Assembly (NCBI GenBank): GCA_045106895.1
Contig: JBGCFM010000204.1
Span: forward strand, 1 to 33,544
Source of the DNA: Polyangiales bacterium
Lineage (GTDB): Bacteria > Myxococcota_A > Polyangia > Polyangiales > Houyiibacteriaceae
Direction of reading: 5' to 3'
Length of the DNA stretch: 33,544 bases
Every line of letters begins with the position of its first letter. The stretch's first letter is position 1. The position numbers were made by a program, and so were the translations under genes. Below are positions 16,998 through 25,952 of this stretch, piece by piece. Below the pieces are notes generated by a model that saw nothing but the letters and a program-made list of their open reading frames with translations, had not been told where the DNA came from and made no database searches.

Positions 16998-18392
16998 GTG
17001 GACGAGAAGACCAAAAAGAAAAAAGCGAAGGGCGGCAGAGCGAAGCGCCGTGCCAAGCGCGCTGAACTGGGCCTCGAACCCGTCTCCAAGACCGACAAGC
17101 CGAAGGCTGCCAAACCCAAGGCCAGCAAGAGCTCGTCGTCGGCGCCCAAGCGACACGCGCGCGCGCCGGGCGGAACTTCCGAGCGCGCGGAGCGCTCCGA
17201 GCGTGCGCCGATGGCTCCGAGGCGTGCGTTGACGCAACGCGGTCTCCCCACACGGGGCCGGGGCGATGCGACGCTCTTGGCCCACCTGGAGGACGCCTGG
17301 AGCGCCGCCGATGCCGACCCCGACGAGCTGACCCACGGTTTCCATAGCTACCCCGCACGCATGCACCCGCTGCTCGCACGTCGATGTCTCGACATCACCG
17401 AGGGCACCGTCCTCGACCCCTTCTGCGGAAGCGGCACGGTGGTCATCGAGGCAATGCTCGCTGGGCGTCGCAGTGCCGGAGTGGACCTCAACCCCATCGG
17501 ACTTCGTCTCGCCGAGGTAAAGAGCTCGCTGCGGCATGAAGCCGGACGCGAGAACTTTGCGGCTCTCCTCCGTGATATCGCGGAACGCTCCGAGGCCCGC
17601 GTGCGAGCCCGCGTCCCTGTTCACGCGCCGCTCTCGCGCGAAGAGACTTCTTGGTACGGCGGGCACACGCTCAAAGAGCTGGCCGGGCTCCGCGAGGAGA
17701 TCCTCACCACCGAGGATGTGCGCGAACGACGCTGCCTTGAGATGGTCTTTTCATCGCTCGTCGTGAAGTTCTCCATGCAGCGCGCCGACACCGCCGAGCG
17801 AAGGGTGGACAAGCGCATTCGAAAGGGGCTTCCGACGGAGTTCTTTGTCCGCCGCGGACTCGAACTCGTCGAGCGTTGGGCGGCCCTCGACGACGCCGCT
17901 CCGGACGGCGCGCCGCGACCGGAGCTACGACTCGGCGACGCACGACACCTCAAAGAGGTGCTTCCCATCGGCTTCTCCGCGAAGCTCATCTTGACGTCGC
18001 CTCCCTACGGCGGAACCTACGACTACATCGACCACCACGCGCGCCGCTACCCGTGGCTGGGCATGGAGCCCGTTCAACTCGAAAAGAACGAGATCGGCGC
18101 GCGTCGATCCAGTCACGGTGCCGGCGCGGCGAAGGCCTGGGACAAAGAACTCGGGCAAGCGCTCACGGCGATGAAGAGCGTTCTACATCGGGATGGAGTC
18201 GCGGTGCTTCTCATCGGTGATGGACTCCTCGCAGGCAAGGCCGTCCCAGCAGACGAGCAGCTCATGCGCATCGCGCCGAAACACGGCCTTGAGGTCCGAG
18301 CCATCGCGAGCCAGGAGCGCCACGATTGGCAGGGTGGTGACTTCCGCTCGGAGCATTTGGTCGCTTTGGTCCCGGCGCCAAAGAGCAGCTAA
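16998..18392 (+). CDS. DNA amino-methyltransferase (SPPY, m4C-type), orphan
   Basis: THGFHSYPARM, VLDPFCGSGT (motif I) precedes LTSPPY (motif IV); Lys/Arg-rich N-terminal extension. Start GTG 16998 or ATG 17211. Confidence 0.8.
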   Translation: MDEKTKKKKAKGGRAKRRAKRAELGLEPVSKTDKPKAAKPKASKSSSSAPKRHARAPGGTSERAERSERAPMAPRRALTQRGLPTRGRGDATLLAHLEDAWSAADADPDELTHGFHSYPARMHPLLARRCLDITEGTVLDPFCGSGTVVIEAMLAGRRSAGVDLNPIGLRLAEVKSSLRHEAGRENFAALLRDIAERSEARVRARVPVHAPLSREETSWYGGHTLKELAGLREEILTTEDVRERRCLEMVFSSLVVKFSMQRADTAERRVDKRIRKGLPTEFFVRRGLELVERWAALDDAAPDGAPRPELRLGDARHLKEVLPIGFSAKLILTSPPYGGTYDYIDHHARRYPWLGMEPVQLEKNEIGARRSSHGAGAAKAWDKELGQALTAMKSVLHRDGVAVLLIGDGLLAGKAVPADEQLMRIAPKHGLEVRAIASQERHDWQGGDFRSEHLVALVPAPKSS

Positions 18393-18607
18393 GTCAGCGC
18401 TCTTCGGGGAGTACAGGAAGCGTCTAGGCCCGCCGTTCTTAACCCGAATGGCGGAGCCGATTCCTCTCAGAGCGCAAAAATCCTCGGCGTGCTTTCGCAC
18501 CTCCGATGCCCTCGCGCCGACGCTCCACTCCGCGCTCTTGCCCTCCCTCACGCTCCTCGAATACGAGATCGGCGGCGCGGCGACGGTGATCCCGCTCTGT
18601 CGTTTTT

Positions 18608-18636
18608 TTGACCCGGCATCGCCGTTTGCCGATGTT
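18608..18636 (+). promoter_or_regulatory. Putative sigma70-type promoter of a leaderless kinase mRNA
   Basis: TTGACC-N17-GATGTT-N6-ATG(18643); no SD. Confidence 0.45.
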
Positions 18637-18642
18637 CTCGCC

Positions 18643-19602
18643 ATGCCTTCCGACGAGCGATCTGAGCTGCGCGGCACCGTCCTCGACGGTCGCTACCACT
18701 TGGGCGCCTGTATTGGTGTCGGAGGCACCGGTGTGGTGTTCGAAGGTGAACGTATCTCGGACGGACATTCCATCGTCGTCAAGACGCTGCGCCCCGTATA
18801 CGCCAGCCACCCAGACCTCGGTCGACGCCTTCGTCGCGAGGTCGAGGTCGCCCGCAACGTTCACCACGCTTCCGTCGTCAACGTCCTCGATGAAGGCACG
18901 CTGAGTGACGCAACACCCTACGTGGTGATGGAGCGCATCCGCGGCGAGGCCATGAACCGCTTGCTGCGCCGCATGGGCACGCTCGGTGTCGCCGAGACGC
19001 TGATTATCGCCATGCGCGTCGCCGACGTGCTGCACAGCGCCCACGCCAAGGGTTATATCCATCGCGATGTGAAGCCCGAGCACATCATCCTCGACCGAGA
19101 CTCGAAGGGCGACCTGCGCGTCTACCTCCTCGACTTCGGAGTTTGCGCTTCGGACACGGCTCCTGAGGATGAGCGCCGCCGCGAACGTGGACGTGTCTTC
19201 GGCACACCCAGCTACGTTTCGCCGGAGCAAGCTTCCGGCGACCCCGACGTGGACGGACGCGCCGACATCTTCGGACTTGGTATCGTGGTCTTCGAGGCTC
19301 TCGCGGGTCGCATGCCTTTCAGCGGCTCCACGGTGACCAATCTTCTTCGGCGCATTATTCGCGAAGATGCGCCGCGCGTTGGCCTCGCCTGTCCGCGCGT
19401 CAGCCGCGACCTCGACGCAGTCGTCGCGCGCATGCTCGCCCGCGACAAAGGCTTTCGCTTTCCCAACGCCCGCGCGCTCAGCCGCGCGTTGGCGATGTAT
19501 GTCCCAGATCGCGCCCGCATCGAGCGAACCCTCGCGGCGCAGCTGCACATTGGTAAGCGCCAGGCCGAGTCCGTGCCGACGGTCGAACAGACCGCCGCCT
19601 AG
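18643..19602 (+). CDS. Cytoplasmic Ser/Thr protein kinase (catalytic-loop Asn replaced by His)
   Basis: GVGGTGVV, VVK, HRDVKPEH, DFG, GTPSYVSPEQ; no TM segment. Confidence 0.9.
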   Translation: MPSDERSELRGTVLDGRYHLGACIGVGGTGVVFEGERISDGHSIVVKTLRPVYASHPDLGRRLRREVEVARNVHHASVVNVLDEGTLSDATPYVVMERIRGEAMNRLLRRMGTLGVAETLIIAMRVADVLHSAHAKGYIHRDVKPEHIILDRDSKGDLRVYLLDFGVCASDTAPEDERRRERGRVFGTPSYVSPEQASGDPDVDGRADIFGLGIVVFEALAGRMPFSGSTVTNLLRRIIREDAPRVGLACPRVSRDLDAVVARMLARDKGFRFPNARALSRALAMYVPDRARIERTLAAQLHIGKRQAESVPTVEQTAA

Positions 19603-19624
19603 AGCCTCACGAGCCCTGCGCTGC

Positions 19625-20392
19625 TCAGTCGAAGACCACCACGGTCTGCTCTGTCACCGCGACGTGCTTGCCCTCGGAGTCCCACATGTGCCCCAGCGCC
19701 GTGGAGAAGCCGTCGTTCCCCGCGAGCGTCTCGTAGGAGAAGCGGTGGAAGCCGGGCGCGGAATCTCCCAGCAGATGCGCTGTCCAGGTCACGGTGCTCG
19801 CGAACGCTGGCGCGCTGAGTCGTAGAATCGAAGGGCAGGGCCACGCATCGAGGAGCATCAGCTGAAGCTCGGCAGGAGAGGCTCCGGCGGTGTCTTTGAA
19901 CTGGATGTAGCCGCCGAGGCGTGCGTCGGGCCCGCTCTGAAAAGGCACCGTGCCCTCGGCGAAGTAGAAGTCCGCTTTGCTGGTGAACTCCGGCGTGAGG
20001 CCTGGAACGAAGGGCATCTTTGGAAGCGTTGTCGCTTCAGGCCACTCCGGGGCCGCGGGCCCGTCGATGCGAATGGAGCGTTCGCGGCCTTGGATGAAGA
20101 CGAGGCTCACTTGGGCGCGAATCTTGGACTCTTGGGAGAGCTCCACTTGAACGAAGGTCGTCGTCTTCCCTTCGCGCAGAACGCGGGCATGACCCGTGAG
20201 TCTTCCTGGGGCGACAGGGCCGAGGAGCTGTGCTTGCACCGTGCGAAGACGCCGAGAGCAGAGGCGGGCTCCGAGAGCGGCTCCTAGGGCGACGGTGAGG
20301 CCACCAAACACCGATCTTCCTTGTGCCCAGCCTTCGGGGACATCGAGGTGAAAACAGTCATCGTCCTGCGCCCAGCGCTCTTGGAGTGTCAT
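19625..20392 (-). CDS. Acyl-CoA thioesterase, double hot-dog (TesB-like) family
   Basis: WAQGRSVFGG, LREGKT, LLDAWP, STVTW motifs. Confidence 0.88.
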   Translation of the reverse strand: MTLQERWAQDDDCFHLDVPEGWAQGRSVFGGLTVALGAALGARLCSRRLRTVQAQLLGPVAPGRLTGHARVLREGKTTTFVQVELSQESKIRAQVSLVFIQGRERSIRIDGPAAPEWPEATTLPKMPFVPGLTPEFTSKADFYFAEGTVPFQSGPDARLGGYIQFKDTAGASPAELQLMLLDAWPCPSILRLSAPAFASTVTWTAHLLGDSAPGFHRFSYETLAGNDGFSTALGHMWDSEGKHVAVTEQTVVVFD

Positions 20393-20447
20393 CGACCCTT
20401 AGTCGCAGGCGCACGCGAGCGTGTACAAGCGCGACGCGTACAAAAAC

Positions 20448-20477
20448 AAAAAAGGCGCGAGCCGAAGCCCACGCCTT
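20448..20477 (-). terminator. Intrinsic terminator of the L32-L36 transcript
   Basis: Minus strand GGCGTGGGC-TTCG-GCTCGCGCC-TTTTTT (9-bp stem with G:U pairs, UUCG loop, U tract). Confidence 0.85.
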
Positions 20478-20539
20478 AGTTGGTTTTCGCACGGCGCCTC
20501 TATTGGAAGCGCGCTTCTATTCGAAGCAGGGCGAAGTGT

Positions 20540-20683
20540 TCACTTCTTCTTGGCTGTGCCGCCCTGGCGAGCCTTGAAGCGTGGGTTGGACTTGCAGATC
20601 ACGTAGACCTTTCCGCGACGACGAACGACGCGGCAGTCTGGGTGACGCTTCTTAGCGCTCTTAAGTGAGTTAACAACCTTCAC
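20540..20683 (-). CDS. ykgO: 50S ribosomal protein L36, type B (YkgO/RpmJ2-like), 47 aa; not in ORF track
   Basis: Hand translation [47 protein letters not shown]. It lacks the CxxC..CxxxxH zinc set. GTG overlaps the rpmF TGA. Confidence 0.93.
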   Translation of the reverse strand: MKVVNSLKSAKKRHPDCRVVRRRGKVYVICKSNPRFKARQGGTAKKK

Positions 20684-20871
20684 AGTTCTACTCCAAGATT
20701 CCGAAGCTCACGCTCCGTTAGGTAGGGGAGAGCCTTTGCGAGGCGCCGGGGAACGACAACGGTTTGGCCGTTGTATTCAACTTCGATAAGCGTAGGTGCT
20801 TCCACTTTGTCGTGGTGAGCGCGTCGCTGATCCCGTCGCATGCGGGATTTCCTTCTTTTCGGGACTGCCAT
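20680..20871 (-). CDS. rpmF: 50S ribosomal protein L32, cysteine-free form
   Basis: [20 protein letters not shown]-terminus; no Cys; GAGGA SD. Confidence 0.9.
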   Translation of the reverse strand: MAVPKRRKSRMRRDQRRAHHDKVEAPTLIEVEYNGQTVVVPRRLAKALPYLTERELRNLGVEL

Positions 20872-21033
20872 AATTCCTCTTCCCTTAGGGCCTTACCCTG
20901 GGGGGCGGAGTAGTAAGCCGCCCGTCCATCTCGCGCAAACGAAAATGCGATCAAAAACGATGCATTCTCAACGCTGGCCCTAGTTAGTCTAATGATTACA
21001 TGATGTTATAAGGTGACTTCTCAGGAGCTCTAA

Positions 21034-22833
21034 CTAGCTTTGCATCTTCTTTAGGAGGTCCGCGAAGGTGCCCATGCTCTTCGTTTGGGACGCTTCTTGG
21101 TATTCTTTCACCGTCGCCCGCGCTTCGTCCTCGGCGATCGCCTTGACGCTGAAGGCAAGTCGGGCCGTATCGATCACCTTCGCGTCGAAGACTTTTCCGA
21201 TGGGGAAGGCCTTCTTCACGTCGACCCCGTGCTCGATACCCAGCTCGCGGTTGTGGACGAGGCCGCGGCCTGCCTTGCCTGGAACGCCCTCAACGCGGAC
21301 GAAGACGCCGAACTGCTGGTGGTCCTCGGCGGTGACCTTCACCACGTCGCCGATGGTCAGCTGCGCCGCGGAGACGCGCGTGCCGACGCTGGCGTCCTTC
21401 GGAGCCGGCGCGAGTGAGATGCGCTTCTTGTTTGGGTCCACCGACTGAACCGTCACCAGGAGGTCCTGGCCGACGTTGAGGAAGCTGGAGGGGTGCCGCG
21501 CGCCGGCGCCGAGCTCGGAGACATGCAGTAGTCCCTCGATGCCTGGAGCGAGCTCCACGAAGGCGCCGAATTCCATGAGCCGGCGAACGGTGCCCTGGAC
21601 CACGGTGCCGGACGGGGCCGCCTGACCCACGTTGTCCCACGGGTCGTCGGCGAGCGCCTTGAGGGAGAGCGTGATGCGGAGATCGTCGCCCTTCTTTGTC
21701 ACCTCTTGGACCATGACCTCTACGGACTGGCCCACGGAAACGACCTGGTCCGGCCGCTGGCGCGCGTAGCTGAGCTCGCGCGTAGGGATGAGACCGTCGA
21801 CGCCGCCAAGGTCGACGAAAGCGCCGAATTCCACGACGCGAACGACCTTGCCGCCGAGGCGTGTGCCCGGCGTCAGGCGCGCGGCGAGGGCTTCCTGGTT
21901 GACGGCCTTTTCAGCCTCGAGAATCGCGCGGCGGGACAGAACGACGTCGCGATCGCCCTTCACCTCGATGACGTTGAACGTCAGCGTCTGGTTCAGGTAG
22001 ATGCTCGCATCGTTCACGTATCGCAGTTCCAACTGCCCGATGGGGCAGAAGCCGCGGAGGCCGCCGATGTCGACGCTAACGCCGCCCTTGTTCACGCCGC
22101 TGACCTTGCCCTGAACAGGGATTTTCTCGTCCATGGCGGCCTGAAGCTCGTCCGTGGACATCGTCGTGCCCTTGCCGAGGCCCTTGCCGAGCACTGGCGT
22201 ACCGTCGTCGATGCGAACGACAAAACCGGTGAGCGTGTCACCGGCTTTGACGGTGAGCTCGCCCTTGTCGTTCAGAAGGTCGATGGTTGGAAAGTAAGCT
22301 TGCTGGCGAGCGCCGCCGAGGTCGATGAAGACCCCGTCCTGGCCCGCGTGAACGACGACGCCGCTCACTTTGTCACCGACGCTGGAGCTGGCGTTTTTCG
22401 GCACGGCTTCGTCGGCGAAGAGATCGGCGAAGCTCGACGTCGGTCCTTCGCCACTCTTGGCGCTCCAGGTATCCGCGCTGCTCGTCGTCTTGACGGGGGC
22501 GCTCCGCTCGCCGCCTTCTTTGGGCACGTCGCGAACGACTTTTCGGCCACCGCGTGGGCTTCGGCCGTCACGTCCACGCGATCGTGGCGATCCGAACTGT
22601 CCACGGCCACGAGGCTTCGAAGGAGCGGCCTTTTCAGCGGGAGCCTTCTCAGCGGGAGCCGCCTCGGCTGCAGGCGCGGGCGTCTCTACGGGCGCGGCTT
22701 CGACGGGCGCGGCAGCCTCGGCGGCTGGCTCGGCCGGTGCGTCTCGCCTCGTCGGCTGCACGGCGGGCTCCGCGGCTGCGGCTTCGGAAGTCTCGGCGTT
22801 CGGGGCCGCGGGATTCACCTGTTCGTCGGTCAT
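21034..22833 (-). CDS. S1 RNA-binding repeat protein (RpsA-like, 5 S1 domains, long Ala/Pro and Arg/Gly N-terminal extension)
   Basis: SFADLF start of the folded part; FGAFVDLGGVDGL, FGAFVELAPGIEGLLHVSEL; C-terminal MGTFADLL. Confidence 0.88.
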   Translation of the reverse strand: MTDEQVNPAAPNAETSEAAAAEPAVQPTRRDAPAEPAAEAAAPVEAAPVETPAPAAEAAPAEKAPAEKAAPSKPRGRGQFGSPRSRGRDGRSPRGGRKVVRDVPKEGGERSAPVKTTSSADTWSAKSGEGPTSSFADLFADEAVPKNASSSVGDKVSGVVVHAGQDGVFIDLGGARQQAYFPTIDLLNDKGELTVKAGDTLTGFVVRIDDGTPVLGKGLGKGTTMSTDELQAAMDEKIPVQGKVSGVNKGGVSVDIGGLRGFCPIGQLELRYVNDASIYLNQTLTFNVIEVKGDRDVVLSRRAILEAEKAVNQEALAARLTPGTRLGGKVVRVVEFGAFVDLGGVDGLIPTRELSYARQRPDQVVSVGQSVEVMVQEVTKKGDDLRITLSLKALADDPWDNVGQAAPSGTVVQGTVRRLMEFGAFVELAPGIEGLLHVSELGAGARHPSSFLNVGQDLLVTVQSVDPNKKRISLAPAPKDASVGTRVSAAQLTIGDVVKVTAEDHQQFGVFVRVEGVPGKAGRGLVHNRELGIEHGVDVKKAFPIGKVFDAKVIDTARLAFSVKAIAEDEARATVKEYQEASQTKSMGTFADLLKKMQS

Positions 22834-22911
22834 CGGCGCGGTCTAGCACCCAATTGTCGGTGTGCACGACGCAGGATGGACACTGATTCCCAAGAAGAGG
22901 CACTCTGAGGC

Positions 22912-24432
22912 GTGCAAACTCTCTCCCTACGCCCATTTTTGGCCTTCACTCTCCTCTTCACGACTTTCACAGCCGCGTCTGCGGATGCCCAGCGCCGGGT
23001 GGATGTGAGCGATGCCGCCTCACTTCGGGCGGCCATCGAAGGGGCGATGCCAGGAGATGACATCGTCCTCGCGACAGGCGACTACGAGGTGGAAGGCAAT
23101 CTGAGGACAAGGGTCGCCGGAACAAACGAGCTGCCGGTCCGTGTGCGCAGCGAAGAGCTCCACGGCGCGCACCTCCGCTTTGGCGCGGATGGTGGACTCG
23201 TCGAAGGCTTTATCCCCGGACACGCTTTTTGGACGTTTGATGGCCTCCGTCTGGAAGGCGTCTGTGCCGATCATTCTCGCTGCGAACACGCGTGGCACAT
23301 CGTCAACGACGCGGACAACGTCGTCATTCAAAACTGCGACGCGTTCAACTTCAACGCACACATCAAAGGCAACGGCGGTGGTGACTCGACGACGTACCCC
23401 GATGACGTGCTCGTCGTCGGCAATCACTTCTACAACACCGCGCCGAGGCAAACGTCGAACCCCGTCACGCCCATCGATGTCGTCGGTGGACGGCGGTGGA
23501 TCGTGCGCGCCAATCATATCCACGACTTCGAAAAAGCGCAGGGCAACAACATCAGCTACGCCGCGTTCTTTAAGGGCGCGAGCCGTGACGGGATCTTTGA
23601 GCGCAACCTCATCGTGTGCTCTCAGGAGTTCAGTGGAGGCGTGCGCGTGGGCCTCTCCTTCGGCGGCGGCGGTACCGGTCCGGACCCTGTGTGCGAAGGC
23701 GGAGACTGCTCCATCGAGCACACCGGCGGCATCATGCGCAACAACATCATCCTCCACTGCAGCGACGTCGGCATCTACGTCAACGAGTGCGCGGATTGCG
23801 TCGTCGCGCACAACACGCTCTTCGACACTTCAGGCATCGACTTTCGTTTTGGGGTGACGAGCGTGAGCGCCGTCGGCAACTTGCACTCTGGCAATATGCG
23901 CAATCGTGACGGCGCCACGAGCGACCAGGTCGGCAACCTGCAAATCGCCGACGCGGAGTTCGAGAGCTACTTCCGGGACCCCGGCGCCGCAGACTTTGGC
24001 CTCGTCGATGGCAGCGCGTTCGTCGACATGGGCGAGGCCCTTGAGAGCGTTAGCGATGACTACTGCGGGAACCTGCGCAGCGGCATGTACGACCTTGGCG
24101 CTGTGGAATTCGACGGGGATGGTCCTTGCGACACGACGCGGACTCACCCCCTCGCGGCCCCCGCGCCCGGCGATGACGCGGGCCCAGGAAGCGATGCCGG
24201 CCCCGGCGCGGACGCGGGACCAGGCCCCGATGCGGGCCCTGGATTCGATGGCGGAGCAGGCGCAGATGCCGGTCCGGGGGCCGATGGTGGTCCTGGCGTC
24301 GACGCAGGTGGCGACCTCGGCGACGAAGGCGGATGTGGCTGCTCCCTCGCGGGCGTCGGCGCTTCGCGTCCGAGCCTCGCGCTCTGGGCTCTGCTGGGCT
24401 TGGTGGCCTTCCGTCGTCGGCGCGGCCATTAA
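22912..24432 (+). CDS. Right-handed parallel beta-helix protein with DAGP linker and MYXO-CTERM sorting signal
   Basis: Signal peptide ADA/Q; LRAAIEGAMPGDDIVLATGDY; Asn-ladder repeats; DLGAVEF; C-terminal GGCGC + TM + RRRR. Confidence 0.85.
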   Translation: MQTLSLRPFLAFTLLFTTFTAASADAQRRVDVSDAASLRAAIEGAMPGDDIVLATGDYEVEGNLRTRVAGTNELPVRVRSEELHGAHLRFGADGGLVEGFIPGHAFWTFDGLRLEGVCADHSRCEHAWHIVNDADNVVIQNCDAFNFNAHIKGNGGGDSTTYPDDVLVVGNHFYNTAPRQTSNPVTPIDVVGGRRWIVRANHIHDFEKAQGNNISYAAFFKGASRDGIFERNLIVCSQEFSGGVRVGLSFGGGGTGPDPVCEGGDCSIEHTGGIMRNNIILHCSDVGIYVNECADCVVAHNTLFDTSGIDFRFGVTSVSAVGNLHSGNMRNRDGATSDQVGNLQIADAEFESYFRDPGAADFGLVDGSAFVDMGEALESVSDDYCGNLRSGMYDLGAVEFDGDGPCDTTRTHPLAAPAPGDDAGPGSDAGPGADAGPGPDAGPGFDGGAGADAGPGADGGPGVDAGGDLGDEGGCGCSLAGVGASRPSLALWALLGLVAFRRRRGH

Positions 24433-24470
24433 CGTCAGCTTCCCGCGCGACGTCGCGCTATGCTCCGCCC

Positions 24471-25172
24471 GTGTCGCGCGCACTCCTATTCTTGTTGCTC
24501 CTCCAGTCGGCGCCGGCGCTCTCGCAGTCGGCGCAGTTGTATGCCCGCGTCGGCGACGTGCGCATCACCGTCGCTCAGGTACAAGCCGCCGTCGACGCCG
24601 CCGGCGCGAGCACACGTGCTGAAGTTCAAGCCATCGCCGACGAGCTCGTCGACCATGAGCTTCTTCTTCGCGAAGCGCGAAGTCGTGGGCTTGAGCGCAG
24701 CATCCTCGTCAGAGACTCCTGGCGAACGCTCATGGTTCAGCGCTTCATGCGCCAAGAGTTCGATGCGCGGCTCACGCGTGCGAGCATCACCATGGAGGCG
24801 ATTCGCGCGCGTTTTGACGAGGACCCATCGGCGCGTGGGTTCGAAGCCTCCGCCGAAGGCATTCGCGGAGCGCTCTGGCGGGAGCGGCGAGATCTCGCCG
24901 TCGACCGGCTCCTCAACGTTTGCCGTGAGCGAAGCCCCGTGGATTTTCATCCAGAGCTTCTCGCGGTGATTCCCATGCCCGAGGAAGCGCCGCCGCGTGA
25001 ACAGTTCCTCTCGCGTTTCGGCTGTGCTCATTGCGCTCGCCAAATGCAAAACGATCCGGACACGCCAACCACCGTATTCGGCAGCCCCGTGCCGCAGGTT
25101 CCGGCTTGGGCGAGACGCGGCGCGAACATGGGCGAGCGTGCCCTCGAGCCCGCCCTCGAGGCTGTGCCTTAG
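24471..25172 (+). CDS. Exported SurA N-terminal/peptidylprolyl-isomerase-like chaperone domain protein
   Basis: Signal peptide from GTG 24471; ARVGDVRIT...LVDHELLLREARSRGL pattern; no parvulin domain visible. Confidence 0.55.
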   Translation: MSRALLFLLLLQSAPALSQSAQLYARVGDVRITVAQVQAAVDAAGASTRAEVQAIADELVDHELLLREARSRGLERSILVRDSWRTLMVQRFMRQEFDARLTRASITMEAIRARFDEDPSARGFEASAEGIRGALWRERRDLAVDRLLNVCRERSPVDFHPELLAVIPMPEEAPPREQFLSRFGCAHCARQMQNDPDTPTTVFGSPVPQVPAWARRGANMGERALEPALEAVP

Positions 25173-25193
25173 GGTCTTGGCCGGCGTCGGTGC

Positions 25194-25952
25194 TCAGCTC
25201 AGGAAATCGTGAGTGAGATACCAAGCCGTCGATAAGAAGAGGCTCAAGGCTGCGCCCCAGCTGAAGCGTCGATTCAACAGAACGATGCGCGGCCCTCCGA
25301 AGACGAAGAGAAAGAGCGGCACGAGGATCAACATCCCTGGGTAGAACGCCAAGGAAGGCTCCCCTTCGAAGCCGCCTCCCGATTTCGCGGCCCACTCCCA
25401 GAGCGCCACACCGACCAAGGCCACCAGGTCACCCACGAGGATGAGCGCGAGCTCGAGTGGAACCACGTTCTTCGTCTTTAGCGGGCGTCGGCTTGGCTTG
25501 AGGAAAAAGTAGAAGGGGAGAAAGAAGACCGTGATGAGCAAGGGAGAGAGCAGCAACGCGAGGACCTTCGCCCCAAGGCTCTCCAGGTACCAGTCCCGGA
25601 GCGATTCGAGTGCGCTGCCCATGACCCACGGGACGGCGAAGAGAAAGATGGACGCGCCGAGCATGATGGAGAGAAAGACCCACTGAGTGCGGGCCGTCGG
25701 CTTTCCGCCGTGTCCGTCAAAGACAGGCTGGGAGCCGACGTCGTGAGTGAGCCGCGGGATGATGGAGAGGCTCCACGTGAACCCGACGAAGGCGAGGGCG
25801 GGCCAAAGGCCGTTGACGACACTCGGAGCGCTGAACGACTCGACGAGCATCGCGGTGAGAGGTCCCGCCAGCGCGGCGATGAGAAAGTCGACGCTCACGG
25901 ACAGCAACGCAAAGCGCCGCTTGTCTTTCGCCGATGGCTCAGGAGCTTCCAA
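25194..25952 (-). CDS. Hypothetical integral membrane protein (about 7 TM)
   Basis: Multiple hydrophobic helices; TTG start uncertain. Confidence 0.7.
   Translation of the reverse strand: MEAPEPSAKDKRRFALLSVSVDFLIAALAGPLTAMLVESFSAPSVVNGLWPALAFVGFTWSLSIIPRLTHDVGSQPVFDGHGGKPTARTQWVFLSIMLGASIFLFAVPWVMGSALESLRDWYLESLGAKVLALLLSPLLITVFFLPFYFFLKPSRRPLKTKNVVPLELALILVGDLVALVGVALWEWAAKSGGGFEGEPSLAFYPGMLILVPLFLFVFGGPRIVLLNRRFSWGAALSLFLSTAWYLTHDFLS

Noticed and set aside
16998..18392. Restriction-modification or defence island around the MTase and WYL genes
   Set aside because: No nuclease, ATPase or other defence gene is visible; neighbours are housekeeping genes with uniform composition.
18397..18475. 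Glycine riboswitch or tRNA reading of the intergenic hairpin
   Set aside because: Only fragmentary resemblance (CTCTGAGAG...CCGAAG on the minus strand); no full aptamer, no cloverleaf, and no suitable downstream gene on that strand.
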